In this document: one piece after another, positions 9,786-20,535 of the stretch
How the letters are laid out: each line of letters begins with the position of its first letter
Position numbering within the stretch: position 1 is the first letter of the stretch
NCBI GenBank assembly: GCA_018056245.1
Contig: JAGPFZ010000001.1
Coordinates: 5,038 to 69,037 of the forward strand
DNA: 64,000 nucleotides
Origin: Bacteroidales bacterium
Lineage (GTDB): Bacteria > Bacteroidota > Bacteroidia > Bacteroidales > VadinHA17
Direction: 5' to 3'
Notes under the pieces: model-generated
What the model was told of the DNA's origin: nothing
Seen by the model: the letters and a program-made list of their open reading frames with translations, nothing else
Databases searched by the model: none
Position numbers and translations under genes: made by a program

Positions 9786-12389
9786 ATGAATCTGAATAAT
9801 TTTACAATAAAAGCACAGGAATCGGTAATGAAGGCGTTTAATATTGCCGAATCGTTGAATCACCAAGCCGTAGAATGTGCACATATAATGAAAGGTATTC
9901 TTTCAGAGGCCGAAAATATAATTGAGTTTATTTTCGGGAAGACTGGTGTTGATTTACGAGCATTTAGCCATGCTCTGGATCGTATCATAGAATCGTTTCC
10001 AAAAGTGACCGGAGGTGAATCGTATTTATCTTCTAAGGCTTCTGAAATTTTACGAAGGGCAACGGCACATGCAACAAAAATGAAAGACCAGTTCGTTTCT
10101 GTAGAGCACATCATTATAGCTATTCTTGAGTCGGACGACCAGGTATCAAGGCTGCTTAAGGATGCTGGTATGGATATGAAAGGCCTCATGACAGCTATAA
10201 ACGATTTGAGGAAAGGAGCTACAATACAGAGCCAGACGGCTGACGATACCTTTAACGCATTGAACCGTTATGCAAATAATCTCAATGAGATGGCACTGTC
10301 GGGAAAACTCGATCCTGTTATTGGGCGCGATGAAGAGATAAGAAGAGTGCTCCAGATTCTTTCGAGAAGATCTAAAAATAATCCTCTTCTCATCGGCGAA
10401 CCGGGTGTGGGCAAAACTGCTATAGTTGAAGGCCTTGCTCACCGAATCGTTAGAGGCGACGTGCCGGAAGATCTAAAGTCAAAAGTGATATACTCGCTTG
10501 ATATGGGTGCCCTAATAGCAGGCGCAAAGTATAAGGGTGAATTTGAAGAGAGACTCAAATCAGTAATAAATGAGGTCATTTCATCAAACGGAGAAGTAAT
10601 ATTGTTTATTGATGAAATACATACGCTCGTTGGTGCCGGTAAATCGGAAGGCGCAATGGATGCAGCTAATATCATGAAGCCGGCTCTTGCTCGAGGAGAA
10701 CTAAGAGCGATAGGAGCAACTACATTAGATGAATATCAGAAATATTTTGAGAAGGATAAAGCACTTGAAAGAAGATTCCAGGTTGTACATGTAGATGAAC
10801 CCGATAGAGCCGATTCAATTTCAATTCTGAGAGGGCTCAGAGAAAGATATGAAGCCCACCATAAGGTAATAATAAGAGACGAAGCAATAATTGCAGCAGT
10901 TGATCTTTCTTATAGATATATTACCGATCGTTTTCTTCCTGATAAGGCTATTGACTTGATAGACGAAGCTGCCGCAAGGCTCAGACTACAGATGAATTCA
11001 TTGCCTGAAGAACTCGATGAAATTCAGCGAACTATCGCTCGACTTGAGATTGAGCGGGAAGCATTGAGAAGAGACCAGGATAAGAAAAAAGCGGATGAGA
11101 TTTCACGTGAGCTTTCCGAACTTAATGAGCGGCGAAATGAACTCATGGCTGCCTGGAAATCAGAGAAGGAACTGATTGAAAAAATTCAGGATAAAAAAGA
11201 AGAGATTGAAAGAATAAAACTTGAAGCCGAACAAGCTCAGAGAGCTGGCGATTATGGACGAGTAGCCGAACTTAGATACGGCAAATTGTTGGAGCTAGAA
11301 AAAGAATTATCCGAATTGAAATCAAAGATTGATGAAAGAAGGAAGAAAGGATCTCTTATAAGGGAGGAAGTGAGAGCTGAAGATATTGCCGAAATTGTTT
11401 CAAAATGGACTGGAATACCTGTGTCGCGCATGCTTGAAAGTGAGAGAGAAAAACTTTTACGGCTCGAAGAAGAATTGCATAAACGTGTTGTGGGCCAGGA
11501 TGAAGCTATATCAGCTGTGGCAGATGCAGTGCGTCGCTCTCGTGCAGGACTTCAGGATGAGAAGCGACCGATAGGCTCATTCATATTCCTCGGCACAACA
11601 GGAGTCGGAAAAACTGAACTTGCAAGGGCCCTTGCAGAATTTCTTTTTAATAATGAGAACCTTATGACAAGAATAGATATGTCGGAATACCAGGAACGAC
11701 ACTCAGTATCACGACTTATCGGTGCTCCACCGGGATACGTAGGATATGAGGAGGGCGGCCAGCTTACGGAAGCAGTACGCCATAAACCTTATTCTGTCGT
11801 ACTTCTTGATGAAATCGAGAAGGCACACTCCGACGTCTTCAACCTGCTGCTTCAGGTGCTGGATGAAGGAAGGCTTACCGACAACAAAGGCCGAACCATC
11901 AACTTCAGGAATGTAATTATTATCATGACGTCGAACCTTGGTAGTGATATCATCCGAGAGAGAATGGAGCAATTTAATAACCAATTGCCACCTAAAGAAG
12001 AAGAAGCTCTTAGAAATGAAATTCTCTCCCTACTTAAAAAATACATGCGTCCGGAATTTCTAAACAGGATTGATGAAATAGTTATATTTAAACCACTTAC
12101 ACTTAAACAGATACAGGAGATTGTAAGAATACAGCTTTCAAATTTGAAAAATGTACTTAATTCTCAGGGTATAAAGCTTGAGATAGGTGACGATGCGGTT
12201 GAATGGCTCGCTACCAATGGATACGATCCACAACTTGGCGCAAGACCCGTTAAACGTCTGATACAAAAAGAAGTTATTAACCGCCTCTCAAAAGAAATTA
12301 TTGCAGGCAATATTAGCCGCGACGATACTGTATATGTAAGTGTGAAAAACGGATTACTGGTCTTCAGTAATCGTAAACAGACTAATTGA
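9786..12389 (+). CDS. clpB: ATP-dependent chaperone ClpB
   Basis: Clp_N repeats, two AAA+ modules (GEPGVGKTA and GTTGVGKTE), long coiled-coil middle domain, GARPVKR sensor motif. 867 aa. Confidence 0.95.
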   Translation: MNLNNFTIKAQESVMKAFNIAESLNHQAVECAHIMKGILSEAENIIEFIFGKTGVDLRAFSHALDRIIESFPKVTGGESYLSSKASEILRRATAHATKMKDQFVSVEHIIIAILESDDQVSRLLKDAGMDMKGLMTAINDLRKGATIQSQTADDTFNALNRYANNLNEMALSGKLDPVIGRDEEIRRVLQILSRRSKNNPLLIGEPGVGKTAIVEGLAHRIVRGDVPEDLKSKVIYSLDMGALIAGAKYKGEFEERLKSVINEVISSNGEVILFIDEIHTLVGAGKSEGAMDAANIMKPALARGELRAIGATTLDEYQKYFEKDKALERRFQVVHVDEPDRADSISILRGLRERYEAHHKVIIRDEAIIAAVDLSYRYITDRFLPDKAIDLIDEAAARLRLQMNSLPEELDEIQRTIARLEIEREALRRDQDKKKADEISRELSELNERRNELMAAWKSEKELIEKIQDKKEEIERIKLEAEQAQRAGDYGRVAELRYGKLLELEKELSELKSKIDERRKKGSLIREEVRAEDIAEIVSKWTGIPVSRMLESEREKLLRLEEELHKRVVGQDEAISAVADAVRRSRAGLQDEKRPIGSFIFLGTTGVGKTELARALAEFLFNNENLMTRIDMSEYQERHSVSRLIGAPPGYVGYEEGGQLTEAVRHKPYSVVLLDEIEKAHSDVFNLLLQVLDEGRLTDNKGRTINFRNVIIIMTSNLGSDIIRERMEQFNNQLPPKEEEALRNEILSLLKKYMRPEFLNRIDEIVIFKPLTLKQIQEIVRIQLSNLKNVLNSQGIKLEIGDDAVEWLATNGYDPQLGARPVKRLIQKEVINRLSKEIIAGNISRDDTVYVSVKNGLLVFSNRKQTN

Positions 12390-12717
12390 ACGAGTTGATA
12401 CACTCATCAATAGAAGAATATATCTCAAAAACCGAGTCGAGGTGAAGAGTATTAAAAAGCTTTTGCACCTCTGGCTCAGGATTACATAATTTAAGTATGC
12501 TATAATTATTCTTCGCCGCTCTTAGCAAAGTGAGCAATGTAGCAAACCCTGTGCTGTCAATAAATTCAATGCTGGCAAGGTTAATAATTATTTTTGATTG
12601 AGGCTCATTAAATAAATGAAAAACTTCCTGACGAAATATATCAGAAGTAAGCGCATTTAATTTTTTATCTGTAAATGAGATAATTTCAATATTACCTCTC
12701 TTTTCAATATTTATCAT
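12382..12717 (-). CDS. STAS-domain protein (anti-sigma-factor antagonist-like)
   Basis: 111 aa. IEFIDSTGFATLLTL phospho-site motif. Lies 12 bp downstream of the Hpt gene on the same strand. Its 3' end overlaps the clpB 3' end by 8 bp. Confidence 0.75.
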   Translation of the reverse strand: MINIEKRGNIEIISFTDKKLNALTSDIFRQEVFHLFNEPQSKIIINLASIEFIDSTGFATLLTLLRAAKNNYSILKLCNPEPEVQKLFNTLHLDSVFEIYSSIDECINSFN

Positions 12718-12729
12718 ACTATATTTTCG

Positions 12730-13080
12730 TTATAAACTATTTAAGTAATTTTCAAGTTCTAATATAGCTTCTGAAGTGTCGTGCTCAAATCTTAAAATAT
12801 AATCACCATATTTTTCTTTCTCTTCTCCTTCCCTTGCTTGATGCTCAAATACATTAAGCATGTTTTCAAGTTGCTCCATTCCCATAATCGCAACTGACGA
12901 TTTTACTTTATGTACTATCATTGAAAGGTTAAAGTAATCATTGTCATCAAGAAACTTTTTCATGTCAAATGTGACTTCATTAACCTGCTCCCGGAACATT
13001 TCCAAAATTTCAACTATAGTATTTTTGTCACCCCCAGTTACAGAATTAATATATTCTGTATTTATATATTTATAATTCAT
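12730..13080 (-). CDS. Hpt (histidine phosphotransfer) domain protein
   Basis: 116 aa all-helical protein with Hpt signature HKVKSSVAIMGM. Confidence 0.7.
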   Translation of the reverse strand: MNYKYINTEYINSVTGGDKNTIVEILEMFREQVNEVTFDMKKFLDDNDYFNLSMIVHKVKSSVAIMGMEQLENMLNVFEHQAREGEEKEKYGDYILRFEHDTSEAILELENYLNSL

Positions 13081-13318
13081 TATTAATAAGCTTGATAGTG
13101 AATATCAATCGAGGTTTTAGTAATGTAAAATTAATAATTTATATAATATTTTAAACCTATTTAAATTAATTTAATCAATTATTGAATATAAAACAACTGA
13201 ATCTGTAATTTTCCTGACAATTGTGCTCTAATTTAAGAGTTCACAAAACAATAAAACAGTTTTTATCGGTGTTTTAAATCAAATTAATATTAATTTTATC
13301 TCGAATATTTTTATTGCT

Positions 13319-15409
13319 ATGAAACTATATTCTATTACCTTATCATTATTACTTTTATTTTATTCTGATCTTTTGAATGCACAGGCAGATGTCACGATTA
13401 GCCGTAAAGATTTCAGAACAGTTAAAGAGGGCTTTACCACTGCATGGGATCATATAAAGATGGGTGATAATTTCTACAACAATGGAGGTGTATGGTATAA
13501 GAATGCTTATGAAGAATACCTGAAAGCTTATAATTATAATAGCGAAAATGCCGAATTGAATTACAAGATTGGAGTCTCGGCTTTATGTTCTGATAACAAG
13601 CATGAAGCCTCTCGATATCTTCTGCGTGCTTATGAACTAAATACAAATGTTGCTGAAGATATTTTGCTACTTTCAGGAAGAGCGCTTCAGTATGCAGGCA
13701 GGTATAATGAGGCAATTGATAAACTGGAGGCATATATATCCGGAACTGATTATAAAAGAAACAAAATATCAATCGAACTGGCAAAAAGATATATTGCAGA
13801 ATGTAAGACAGCAGATCAAATTTCGAAAGATACTCTACACATTAAGATAACAAATACCGGAACAGGTATTAATTCCGAATTCGATGATTACAGCATCGTT
13901 TTATCCTCTAATGGGAAAAGAATGTATTTTGGATCCAGAAGAGCATTAAATCAAAATAATTCGAGGCGTTATGAGGATACTAAATATGATGAGAATATTT
14001 TTCTTTCAGATTTGATTGGGAATGAATGGAGTGTTGCTACTCCAGCAGGAAAGAATTTGAATACTGAATTTTGTGAAGTTCCCCTATTTCTCAATAAATA
14101 TGAAGACAGGCTTTTTATATATGCTGGTTACGAAGGTAACGGTGATGTTATGCTATCCGTTTTGAAAAAGGGAGTCTGGGGACCTCCGGTAAAAGAACAA
14201 CTTGGAATCTCAAGTTCTCAACCTGAGACTTCGATGTGCATTTCGCCCGACGGGAGTGAAGTAACATTTATTCGTAACGCCGGGAAAAAAGTGAATAGTG
14301 GGAAGGATATCTTTATAATGAAGAAAATAAATGAACGAAAATGGTCAAAGCCTCGAAATGCAGGTATTATGATTAATAGCAAGTATGATGAAGAATCGGT
14401 GAGCTATTCAAAAGGAGGCGATACATTATGGTTTAGTTCGGAAGGACATAATACGATGGGAGGATTCGATATATTCTATAGTATTAGAAGTACAGACGGT
14501 TCATGGGGCCCGCCGGTAAATGCAGGATATCCGATTAATACACCCTGGCATGAACTATTTTATGTTCCTGCACCCGATACCGATAGTGCTTTTTATTTCG
14601 CCTCGGATCGCAGCGGCGGCTTTGGAAGTCTCGACATTTACAGAGGTGAAATTTTACCACCTCCACTTCCACCCAAACCGGCATCAGAACCCGAACCGAT
14701 TAATCCTCCTGAACCACAAATAGTTACTATTCGTGATACTGTTGTTATTATAAAAGAATATGTACCGATTCCTCAACCTACGGAAAAATCAATATATCTT
14801 ACAGGTAGAATAAGCGATTCTGAAACAGGTGAAGCGGTTGCCGCAAATATTGAAATAATAGATTTTTCAACCGACTCTATTGTCACAATATTAGCAAGCT
14901 CCCCAATTGACGGCAATTATGGGATCAAACTACCTGATAAAAAGACATATATTGTTAATATCCGTGCAACCGGATTTCTGTCAGAAATGAAAAAAATAAC
15001 GATAGGGCCCGATTTTAAGCAAGATTTTTTACAACTCGATGTTCCACTTATTAAAGTTAAAGTGGGTAAAAAAATCGTACTGAACAATATCTTTTTTGAA
15101 CTCGGTAAAGCTGTACTTACCAAAGATTCGTTCGAAGAACTTGATAAACTTGTTGCTATTATGAATGAAAACCCCGGAATGAAAATTGAGATTTCAGGGC
15201 ATACGGATAATACCGGAAGTGCAGTTATAAATGCCAGACTTTCAACTGAGCGAGCAAAGGCTGTTGTCAACTATTTGATAGAAAAAGGAATAGATCCTTC
15301 AAGAATGAAATATATGGGATATGGTTCCGAACAGCCTGTAGCAGACAATTCCTCTGCAGAAGGAAGAGCAAAAAACAGAAGAGTTGAATTCAAAATTATT
15401 GAAATGTAA
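13319..15409 (+). CDS. OmpA-family outer-membrane protein (TPR, TolB-like beta-propeller repeats, Pro-rich linker, CarboxypepD_reg-like domain, OmpA_C)
   Basis: Signal peptide and TPR-like N-terminus. Repeated WG/WS-P..N propeller blades, PPPLPPKPASEPEP linker, C-terminal NIFFELGKAVL...GHTDNTGS...NRRVEFKI. Confidence 0.8.
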   Translation: MKLYSITLSLLLLFYSDLLNAQADVTISRKDFRTVKEGFTTAWDHIKMGDNFYNNGGVWYKNAYEEYLKAYNYNSENAELNYKIGVSALCSDNKHEASRYLLRAYELNTNVAEDILLLSGRALQYAGRYNEAIDKLEAYISGTDYKRNKISIELAKRYIAECKTADQISKDTLHIKITNTGTGINSEFDDYSIVLSSNGKRMYFGSRRALNQNNSRRYEDTKYDENIFLSDLIGNEWSVATPAGKNLNTEFCEVPLFLNKYEDRLFIYAGYEGNGDVMLSVLKKGVWGPPVKEQLGISSSQPETSMCISPDGSEVTFIRNAGKKVNSGKDIFIMKKINERKWSKPRNAGIMINSKYDEESVSYSKGGDTLWFSSEGHNTMGGFDIFYSIRSTDGSWGPPVNAGYPINTPWHELFYVPAPDTDSAFYFASDRSGGFGSLDIYRGEILPPPLPPKPASEPEPINPPEPQIVTIRDTVVIIKEYVPIPQPTEKSIYLTGRISDSETGEAVAANIEIIDFSTDSIVTILASSPIDGNYGIKLPDKKTYIVNIRATGFLSEMKKITIGPDFKQDFLQLDVPLIKVKVGKKIVLNNIFFELGKAVLTKDSFEELDKLVAIMNENPGMKIEISGHTDNTGSAVINARLSTERAKAVVNYLIEKGIDPSRMKYMGYGSEQPVADNSSAEGRAKNRRVEFKIIEM

Positions 15410-15482
15410 CTTGTGAAAATTTGATAACTTAACTCATACAATTCTCTTTTCTTTTTATTAGCATGTAAACTAAATTTCATTA

Positions 15483-16598
15483 ATGAAGTCAACACCTTTC
15501 ACAGAATTTCATATACAGCTCGGAGCAAAGATGATACCTTTTGCAGGTTTTAATATGCCTGTTGAATACTCGGGGATAAACGATGAACATATTACAGTAA
15601 GAGAAAAAGTTGGAGTTTTTGATGTTTCACATATGGGGGAATTCAAAGTTTCCGGACCTAATGCACTTTCATTTCTACAATATATTACCACAAACGATGT
15701 TTCAGCACTTCGCAACGGCAAAGCTCAGTACTCTTGTTTCCCAAACGGAAGGGGTGGAATCGTTGACGACTTGCTGGTTTATAAATTCGATGATAACAAC
15801 TATCTTCTTGTTGTAAATGCAGGCAATATCGAAAAAGACTGGAATTGGTGTATAAAACATGCTCCACGATTCAATATTATTCCAGGTAAAGACATTATAA
15901 ATATTTCGGATGGAATAGCTCAACTCGCAGTTCAGGGACCCCTTGCTTTGAAGGCAATGAAAAAACTTTCTTCCACCGATATCGAAGCAATGGAAAATTA
16001 CAGTTTTGTAGTAACTGATTTTGCAGGAATTAAAGATGTTATTCTTTCAACTACAGGATATACCGGTGCAGGAGGTTGTGAGATTTATATAAGAAATGAA
16101 GATGCGCCTAAACTATGGCATGCTGTATTTGAAGCAGGAAGAGAGTTCGGGATAAAGCCGGCCGGACTCGGAGCAAGAGATACTCTCAGACTCGAAATGG
16201 GATTTTGCCTATACGGGAACGATATTGACGATTCCACTTCACCTATTGAAGCAGGCCTTGGGTGGATTACAAAGTTCACTGAAGGCAAGGATTTCATTGA
16301 TAGGGAATTTCTATTGAGACAGAAGAAAGAAGGGACTTCAAGGCGCCTTAAAGGATTTGTAATGATAGACAGGGGGATACCACGCCAGCATTATGAAATA
16401 ATAAATGGTAGAGGCGAAAAAATAGGCGAGGTTACTTCAGGTACAATGTCGCCAATGTTAAAACAGGGAATTGGAATGGGTTATATTTCAAAAGGTTACT
16501 GGGGAAAGGATACTGAAATATTTATTCGTATAAGAAATAAAGACCTGAAAGCCAGGGTTGTTGACTTGCCCTTTTATAAAAAGGAAAGTAATGTTTAA
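15483..16598 (+). CDS. gcvT: glycine cleavage system aminomethyltransferase T
   Basis: [26 protein letters not shown]...[11 protein letters not shown]...[18 protein letters not shown]. 371 aa. Confidence 0.9.
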   Translation: MKSTPFTEFHIQLGAKMIPFAGFNMPVEYSGINDEHITVREKVGVFDVSHMGEFKVSGPNALSFLQYITTNDVSALRNGKAQYSCFPNGRGGIVDDLLVYKFDDNNYLLVVNAGNIEKDWNWCIKHAPRFNIIPGKDIINISDGIAQLAVQGPLALKAMKKLSSTDIEAMENYSFVVTDFAGIKDVILSTTGYTGAGGCEIYIRNEDAPKLWHAVFEAGREFGIKPAGLGARDTLRLEMGFCLYGNDIDDSTSPIEAGLGWITKFTEGKDFIDREFLLRQKKEGTSRRLKGFVMIDRGIPRQHYEIINGRGEKIGEVTSGTMSPMLKQGIGMGYISKGYWGKDTEIFIRIRNKDLKARVVDLPFYKKESNV

Positions 16599-16639
16599 AA
16601 CATTCTACCAGTAAATACTTTTAAATACTTTAATTCTTA

Positions 16640-17365
16640 ATGGAAAAACATATTCTTGAAGTTTGTTTCTCTCCGGCTATTTTCTGCCGATACGATAGCA
16701 AAGATGCTGTTGTAGTTATTATTGATATATTAAGAGCCAGTTCTGCAATTTGCACAGCTTTTGAGAATGGGGCAAAGGAAATAATACCTTTAAAAGAAGT
16801 TGAAGATGCAAAGGAGTTTAAGAAAAGAGGATTTCTTGTAGCAGCCGAGCGCGACGGCTTTATACTCGATTTTGCTGATTTCGGTAATTCTCCTTTCAAT
16901 TTTACAAGAGAAAAGATTGAAGATAAGACAATTGTTTATTCAACAACTAACGCGACAAGGATAATCGAAATGGCTTCTTCTGCTTATAAAACTGTCATTG
17001 GTTCGTTCCTGAATATTTCTTCACTTATAAAATGGCTGATTAAGGAAGAAAGAAATGTTATTCTTTTTTGTGCAGGATGGAAAGACAGATTCAGTCTTGA
17101 AGATGCTGTATGTGCCGGCGCAATTGCATCACCTTTACTGGAAAGTGAAAAATTTTTTACTATATGCGATTCCACACATGCAGCAATTGACTTATGGAGT
17201 CTGGCCGAGAAAAATCTTATAGGCTATATGCAGAAAGCAGCCCAAAAAAGCCGACTTCGAGATAAAAACCTTGACGACTGCTTCGAATTCTGTCTGACGC
17301 CCGATTTTACAGAAATTATTCCGGTTTTAGAAGAAGGAAGGCTCAAGCCGCTTCAAATGCTTTGA
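16640..17365 (+). CDS. 2-phosphosulfolactate phosphatase (ComB) family protein
   Basis: VVVIIDILRASSAI...GAKEIIP...AAERDG...FGNSPFNF...STTNATR...FCAGWKDRFSLEDAVCAG matches the ComB family pattern. Confidence 0.75.
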   Translation: MEKHILEVCFSPAIFCRYDSKDAVVVIIDILRASSAICTAFENGAKEIIPLKEVEDAKEFKKRGFLVAAERDGFILDFADFGNSPFNFTREKIEDKTIVYSTTNATRIIEMASSAYKTVIGSFLNISSLIKWLIKEERNVILFCAGWKDRFSLEDAVCAGAIASPLLESEKFFTICDSTHAAIDLWSLAEKNLIGYMQKAAQKSRLRDKNLDDCFEFCLTPDFTEIIPVLEEGRLKPLQML

Positions 17366-17446
17366 AAATCTTTAATTCTTATTTAAATCTTTTATTTTTC
17401 TATTTTTGTCGGGTTATTGAAATAAAAACTTTATTAGTATTTTTTA

Positions 17447-18517
17447 ATGAAAAAACACAACTTTTATGCCGGGCCTTCAATATTACCCCAGTTTACTATA
17501 GATAAAACTATCGAGGCAATAAGGGACTTTGAAGGAATCGGACTTTCTGTACTCGAAATTTCGCACAGAAGTCCGGAATTTACCAGGTGTATGAAAGATA
17601 CTATTGCTCTGGTAAAAGAACTACTGGATGTTCCTTCAGGATATCATGTAATTTTTCTGGGAGGAGGTGCAAGCCTTCAGTTCTGTCTGGTACCTATGAA
17701 TCTTATGAATAAGAAGTCGGCTTATCTGGTTACAGGTGAATGGGCAACGCGAGCGTTTAATGAAGCTAAACTATTTGGCGAAGCTATTGAAGTGGCCTCG
17801 TCGAAAGACAAAAATTTTTCCTATATTCCAAAAAACTATGCTATTCCTGCCGATGTTGATTATTTCCATATTACGACCAATAATACAATATATGGCACTG
17901 AACTTAAAAAAGATCCTGATTCTCCTGTTCCGCTATGTGCGGATATGTCGTCCGATATCTTTAGCAGGCCTGTGGACGTTTCAAAATATGCCTTAATATA
18001 TGCCGGCGCACAAAAAAATATAGGCCCTGCAGGGGTGACAATGGTAATCATAAAGGAAGATGTTCTTGGCAAGGTAACCCGTCGGATCCCGACAATACTT
18101 GACTATCGGACCCACATAAAGGCTGAATCGTTGTTCAACACTCCTCCAGTTTTTGCGGTCTTTGCTGCACAACAGACACTTATCTGGCTAAAAGGGAAAG
18201 GCGGAGTAAAGGCTATACAGAAAATAAACGCCGAAAAAGCTCAGATACTTTATGATGAAATAGAGAGAAATAAACTTTTTATGCCTACAGTTACCAGTCC
18301 CGAAGATCGCTCCGTGATGAATATATGCTTTGTTATGAAACCAGAATATAAAGAACTTGAGCCTGAATTTTCAACCTTTGCAAAGTCGAGAGGAATAGTA
18401 GGAATTGAAGGTCACAGAACAGTAGGCGGTTTTCGTGCTTCAACATACAATGCTCTCCCAAGGGAAAGTGTGGAATATCTCATACAGGTAATGAGGGAAT
18501 TCGAATCAAAAAAATAA
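17447..18517 (+). CDS. serC: phosphoserine aminotransferase
   Basis: [10 protein letters not shown]...LEISHRS.EF...GGGASLQF...[14 protein letters not shown]...[17 protein letters not shown]. 356 aa. Confidence 0.9.
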   Translation: MKKHNFYAGPSILPQFTIDKTIEAIRDFEGIGLSVLEISHRSPEFTRCMKDTIALVKELLDVPSGYHVIFLGGGASLQFCLVPMNLMNKKSAYLVTGEWATRAFNEAKLFGEAIEVASSKDKNFSYIPKNYAIPADVDYFHITTNNTIYGTELKKDPDSPVPLCADMSSDIFSRPVDVSKYALIYAGAQKNIGPAGVTMVIIKEDVLGKVTRRIPTILDYRTHIKAESLFNTPPVFAVFAAQQTLIWLKGKGGVKAIQKINAEKAQILYDEIERNKLFMPTVTSPEDRSVMNICFVMKPEYKELEPEFSTFAKSRGIVGIEGHRTVGGFRASTYNALPRESVEYLIQVMREFESKK

Positions 18518-18589
18518 CTTCCATTTATTAGAGTGTTAATTATGCCTGATGAATATTATTTCGGTTCGATTGAATTTACATGATTTGCA

Positions 18590-19837
18590 ATGGCTGAAGT
18601 TAAACCTTTCAGGGGTTTAAGACCCCCTGCTTCTATAGTAAAAGAACTCTCATGCCTTCCTTATGATGTCATGAGCACTCCGGAAGCCAGGGAAATGGCT
18701 AAGGGCAATGAATATTCATTACTTCATATAACAAGGCCTGAAATCGATTTTCCGGATAATATCAATCCACACTCTCCAGAAGTATATCTGAAGGCAAAGG
18801 AAAATTTCAAAATATGGCAGGAGAGAAAATGGCTTGTTCAGGACAGCGAACCTTATTTTTACATTTATGCTCAGACTATGGAAGGCAGAACGCAGTACGG
18901 TATAACAGGTTGTGCAGCTGTTGAGGATTATTTTAATGGAACAATAAAAAAGCATGAATTGACGCGCCCTGATAAAGAAGAGGATCGAATGATGCACATA
19001 AGTATTAACAATGCTAACATTGAGCCTGTTTTTCTTGCTTATCCTCCAGTGAAAGAAATTGATAAAATTGTATCCCGTATTACAGAAAATGAAAAACCTG
19101 AATATGACTTCGTTGTTGATGGTATCGGACATCATTTCTGGGTAATACGAGATAAGAAAATCAACATAAGAATCGAGAAACTTTTTAAAGAAAAGGTACC
19201 TTATATATATATTGCCGACGGACATCATCGTACCGCTGCCGCCGCTCTTGTAGGAAAGGTAAAAAGAGAAAATAATCCGGCTCATAGGGGCGATGAGGAA
19301 TATAACTATTTCCTTGCTGTGTTGTTTCCTGAAAATCAATTGCGAATACTTGATTATAACAGAGTCGTAAAAGACCTGAACGGACTTACGGCAGAGGAAT
19401 TCCTTAAGAGACTTGAAACAGGTTTTATTGTCGAAGATAAAGGGAAAGAGATTTATCACCCCCAAAAGCTTCATAATTTGTCAATGTACCTTGATAATAG
19501 ATGGTATAGCCTAACAGCCCGAGATAGAACATACGACGATAGCGATCCGATTGGTATTCTTGATGTTAATATACTTACAAATCAGATACTTACACCGATA
19601 CTGGATATTCAGGATTTGAAGCGTTCACTAAGGATTGAATTTGTCGGAGGAATAAGAGGACTGGAAGAATTGAAAAAAAAGGTCGACAATGGTGAGATGA
19701 AGGTAGCTTTTGCTCTTTACCCTGTTACTATGAAACAGGTTATGGCAGTAGCCGACACGGGTAATATTATGCCTCCTAAAACAACATGGTTCGAGCCAAA
19801 GCTTAGAAGCGGACTTGTAATTCACCTTCTTGATTGA
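18590..19837 (+). CDS. DUF1015 family protein
   Basis: N-terminal KPFRGLRP...LPYDV, central IADGHHRTAAA motif. 415 aa. Function unknown. Confidence 0.75.
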   Translation: MAEVKPFRGLRPPASIVKELSCLPYDVMSTPEAREMAKGNEYSLLHITRPEIDFPDNINPHSPEVYLKAKENFKIWQERKWLVQDSEPYFYIYAQTMEGRTQYGITGCAAVEDYFNGTIKKHELTRPDKEEDRMMHISINNANIEPVFLAYPPVKEIDKIVSRITENEKPEYDFVVDGIGHHFWVIRDKKINIRIEKLFKEKVPYIYIADGHHRTAAAALVGKVKRENNPAHRGDEEYNYFLAVLFPENQLRILDYNRVVKDLNGLTAEEFLKRLETGFIVEDKGKEIYHPQKLHNLSMYLDNRWYSLTARDRTYDDSDPIGILDVNILTNQILTPILDIQDLKRSLRIEFVGGIRGLEELKKKVDNGEMKVAFALYPVTMKQVMAVADTGNIMPPKTTWFEPKLRSGLVIHLLD

Positions 19838-19842
19838 ATTCA

Positions 19843-20514
19843 ATGGTAAATATTGTTCAAAATTTCATCCATTTAAGAGAACAGATACCTGCAAATATTA
19901 AAATTGTTGCAGTATCCAAATCTTATCCTGCAAGCGATATTTTGACATTGTATAATGCCGGTCATAAAATTTTCGGGGAGAACAGAGTACAGGAACTTCT
20001 GAAAAAAAAGGAAACATTACCTGACGAAATAGAATGGCATCTAATTGGCCATCTGCAAACTAATAAAGTAAGAGACGTAATCCCTCATGTGAAGCTTATT
20101 CATTCAGTTGATAGTTTTAAACTTTTGTCTGTAATTGACAAAGAGGCTGAAAAGGCCGGACTTACGGTCGAATGTCTTCTTCAGTTTCATATTGCAAAGG
20201 AGGAAACCAAAACGGGATTTTCTTTCCGTGAAGCTGAAGATATGCTCGAATCCGAAGATTATCTCAAAATAAAAAATATCATTATTACAGGAGTGATGGG
20301 GATAGCAACATTTACTAAAGACATAAAAATTGTCAGAGATGAATTCAGAACATTAAAAAATTATTTTGATATTTTGAAAAGCAAATATTTTAATAATAAT
20401 CCACTCTTTAGAGAATTATCAATGGGAATGTCGGGCGATTTCAAAATTGCCATTGAAGAAGGAAGTACTATAGTAAGAATTGGAACTCTTATATTTGGCG
20501 AACGATATGTTTAA
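19843..20514 (+). CDS. yggS: YggS-family PLP-binding (PLP homeostasis) protein
   Basis: VAVSK PLP-lysine context, FGENRVQE, HLIGHLQTNKV, LSMGMSGD. I prefer the ATG at 19843. The upstream in-frame TTG at 19834 would overlap the DUF1015 stop codon. Confidence 0.85.
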   Translation: MVNIVQNFIHLREQIPANIKIVAVSKSYPASDILTLYNAGHKIFGENRVQELLKKKETLPDEIEWHLIGHLQTNKVRDVIPHVKLIHSVDSFKLLSVIDKEAEKAGLTVECLLQFHIAKEETKTGFSFREAEDMLESEDYLKIKNIIITGVMGIATFTKDIKIVRDEFRTLKNYFDILKSKYFNNNPLFRELSMGMSGDFKIAIEEGSTIVRIGTLIFGERYV

Positions 20515-20535
20515 AAAAAAATTAGTCTTAATAAA

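Noticed and set aside
15410-15482. Possible glycine riboswitch upstream of gcvT
   Set aside because: The spacer is only 73 nt and AT-rich with no visible paired aptamer stems, so it is too short for a tandem or single glycine aptamer plus expression platform.
18719-19474. 251-aa ORF on the minus strand, unusually long for an AT-rich genome
   Set aside because: It lies entirely antisense to the well-supported DUF1015 gene. Its translation is low-complexity Phe/Ile/Tyr/Cys-rich with no motifs. This is a typical shadow ORF of a codon-biased gene.
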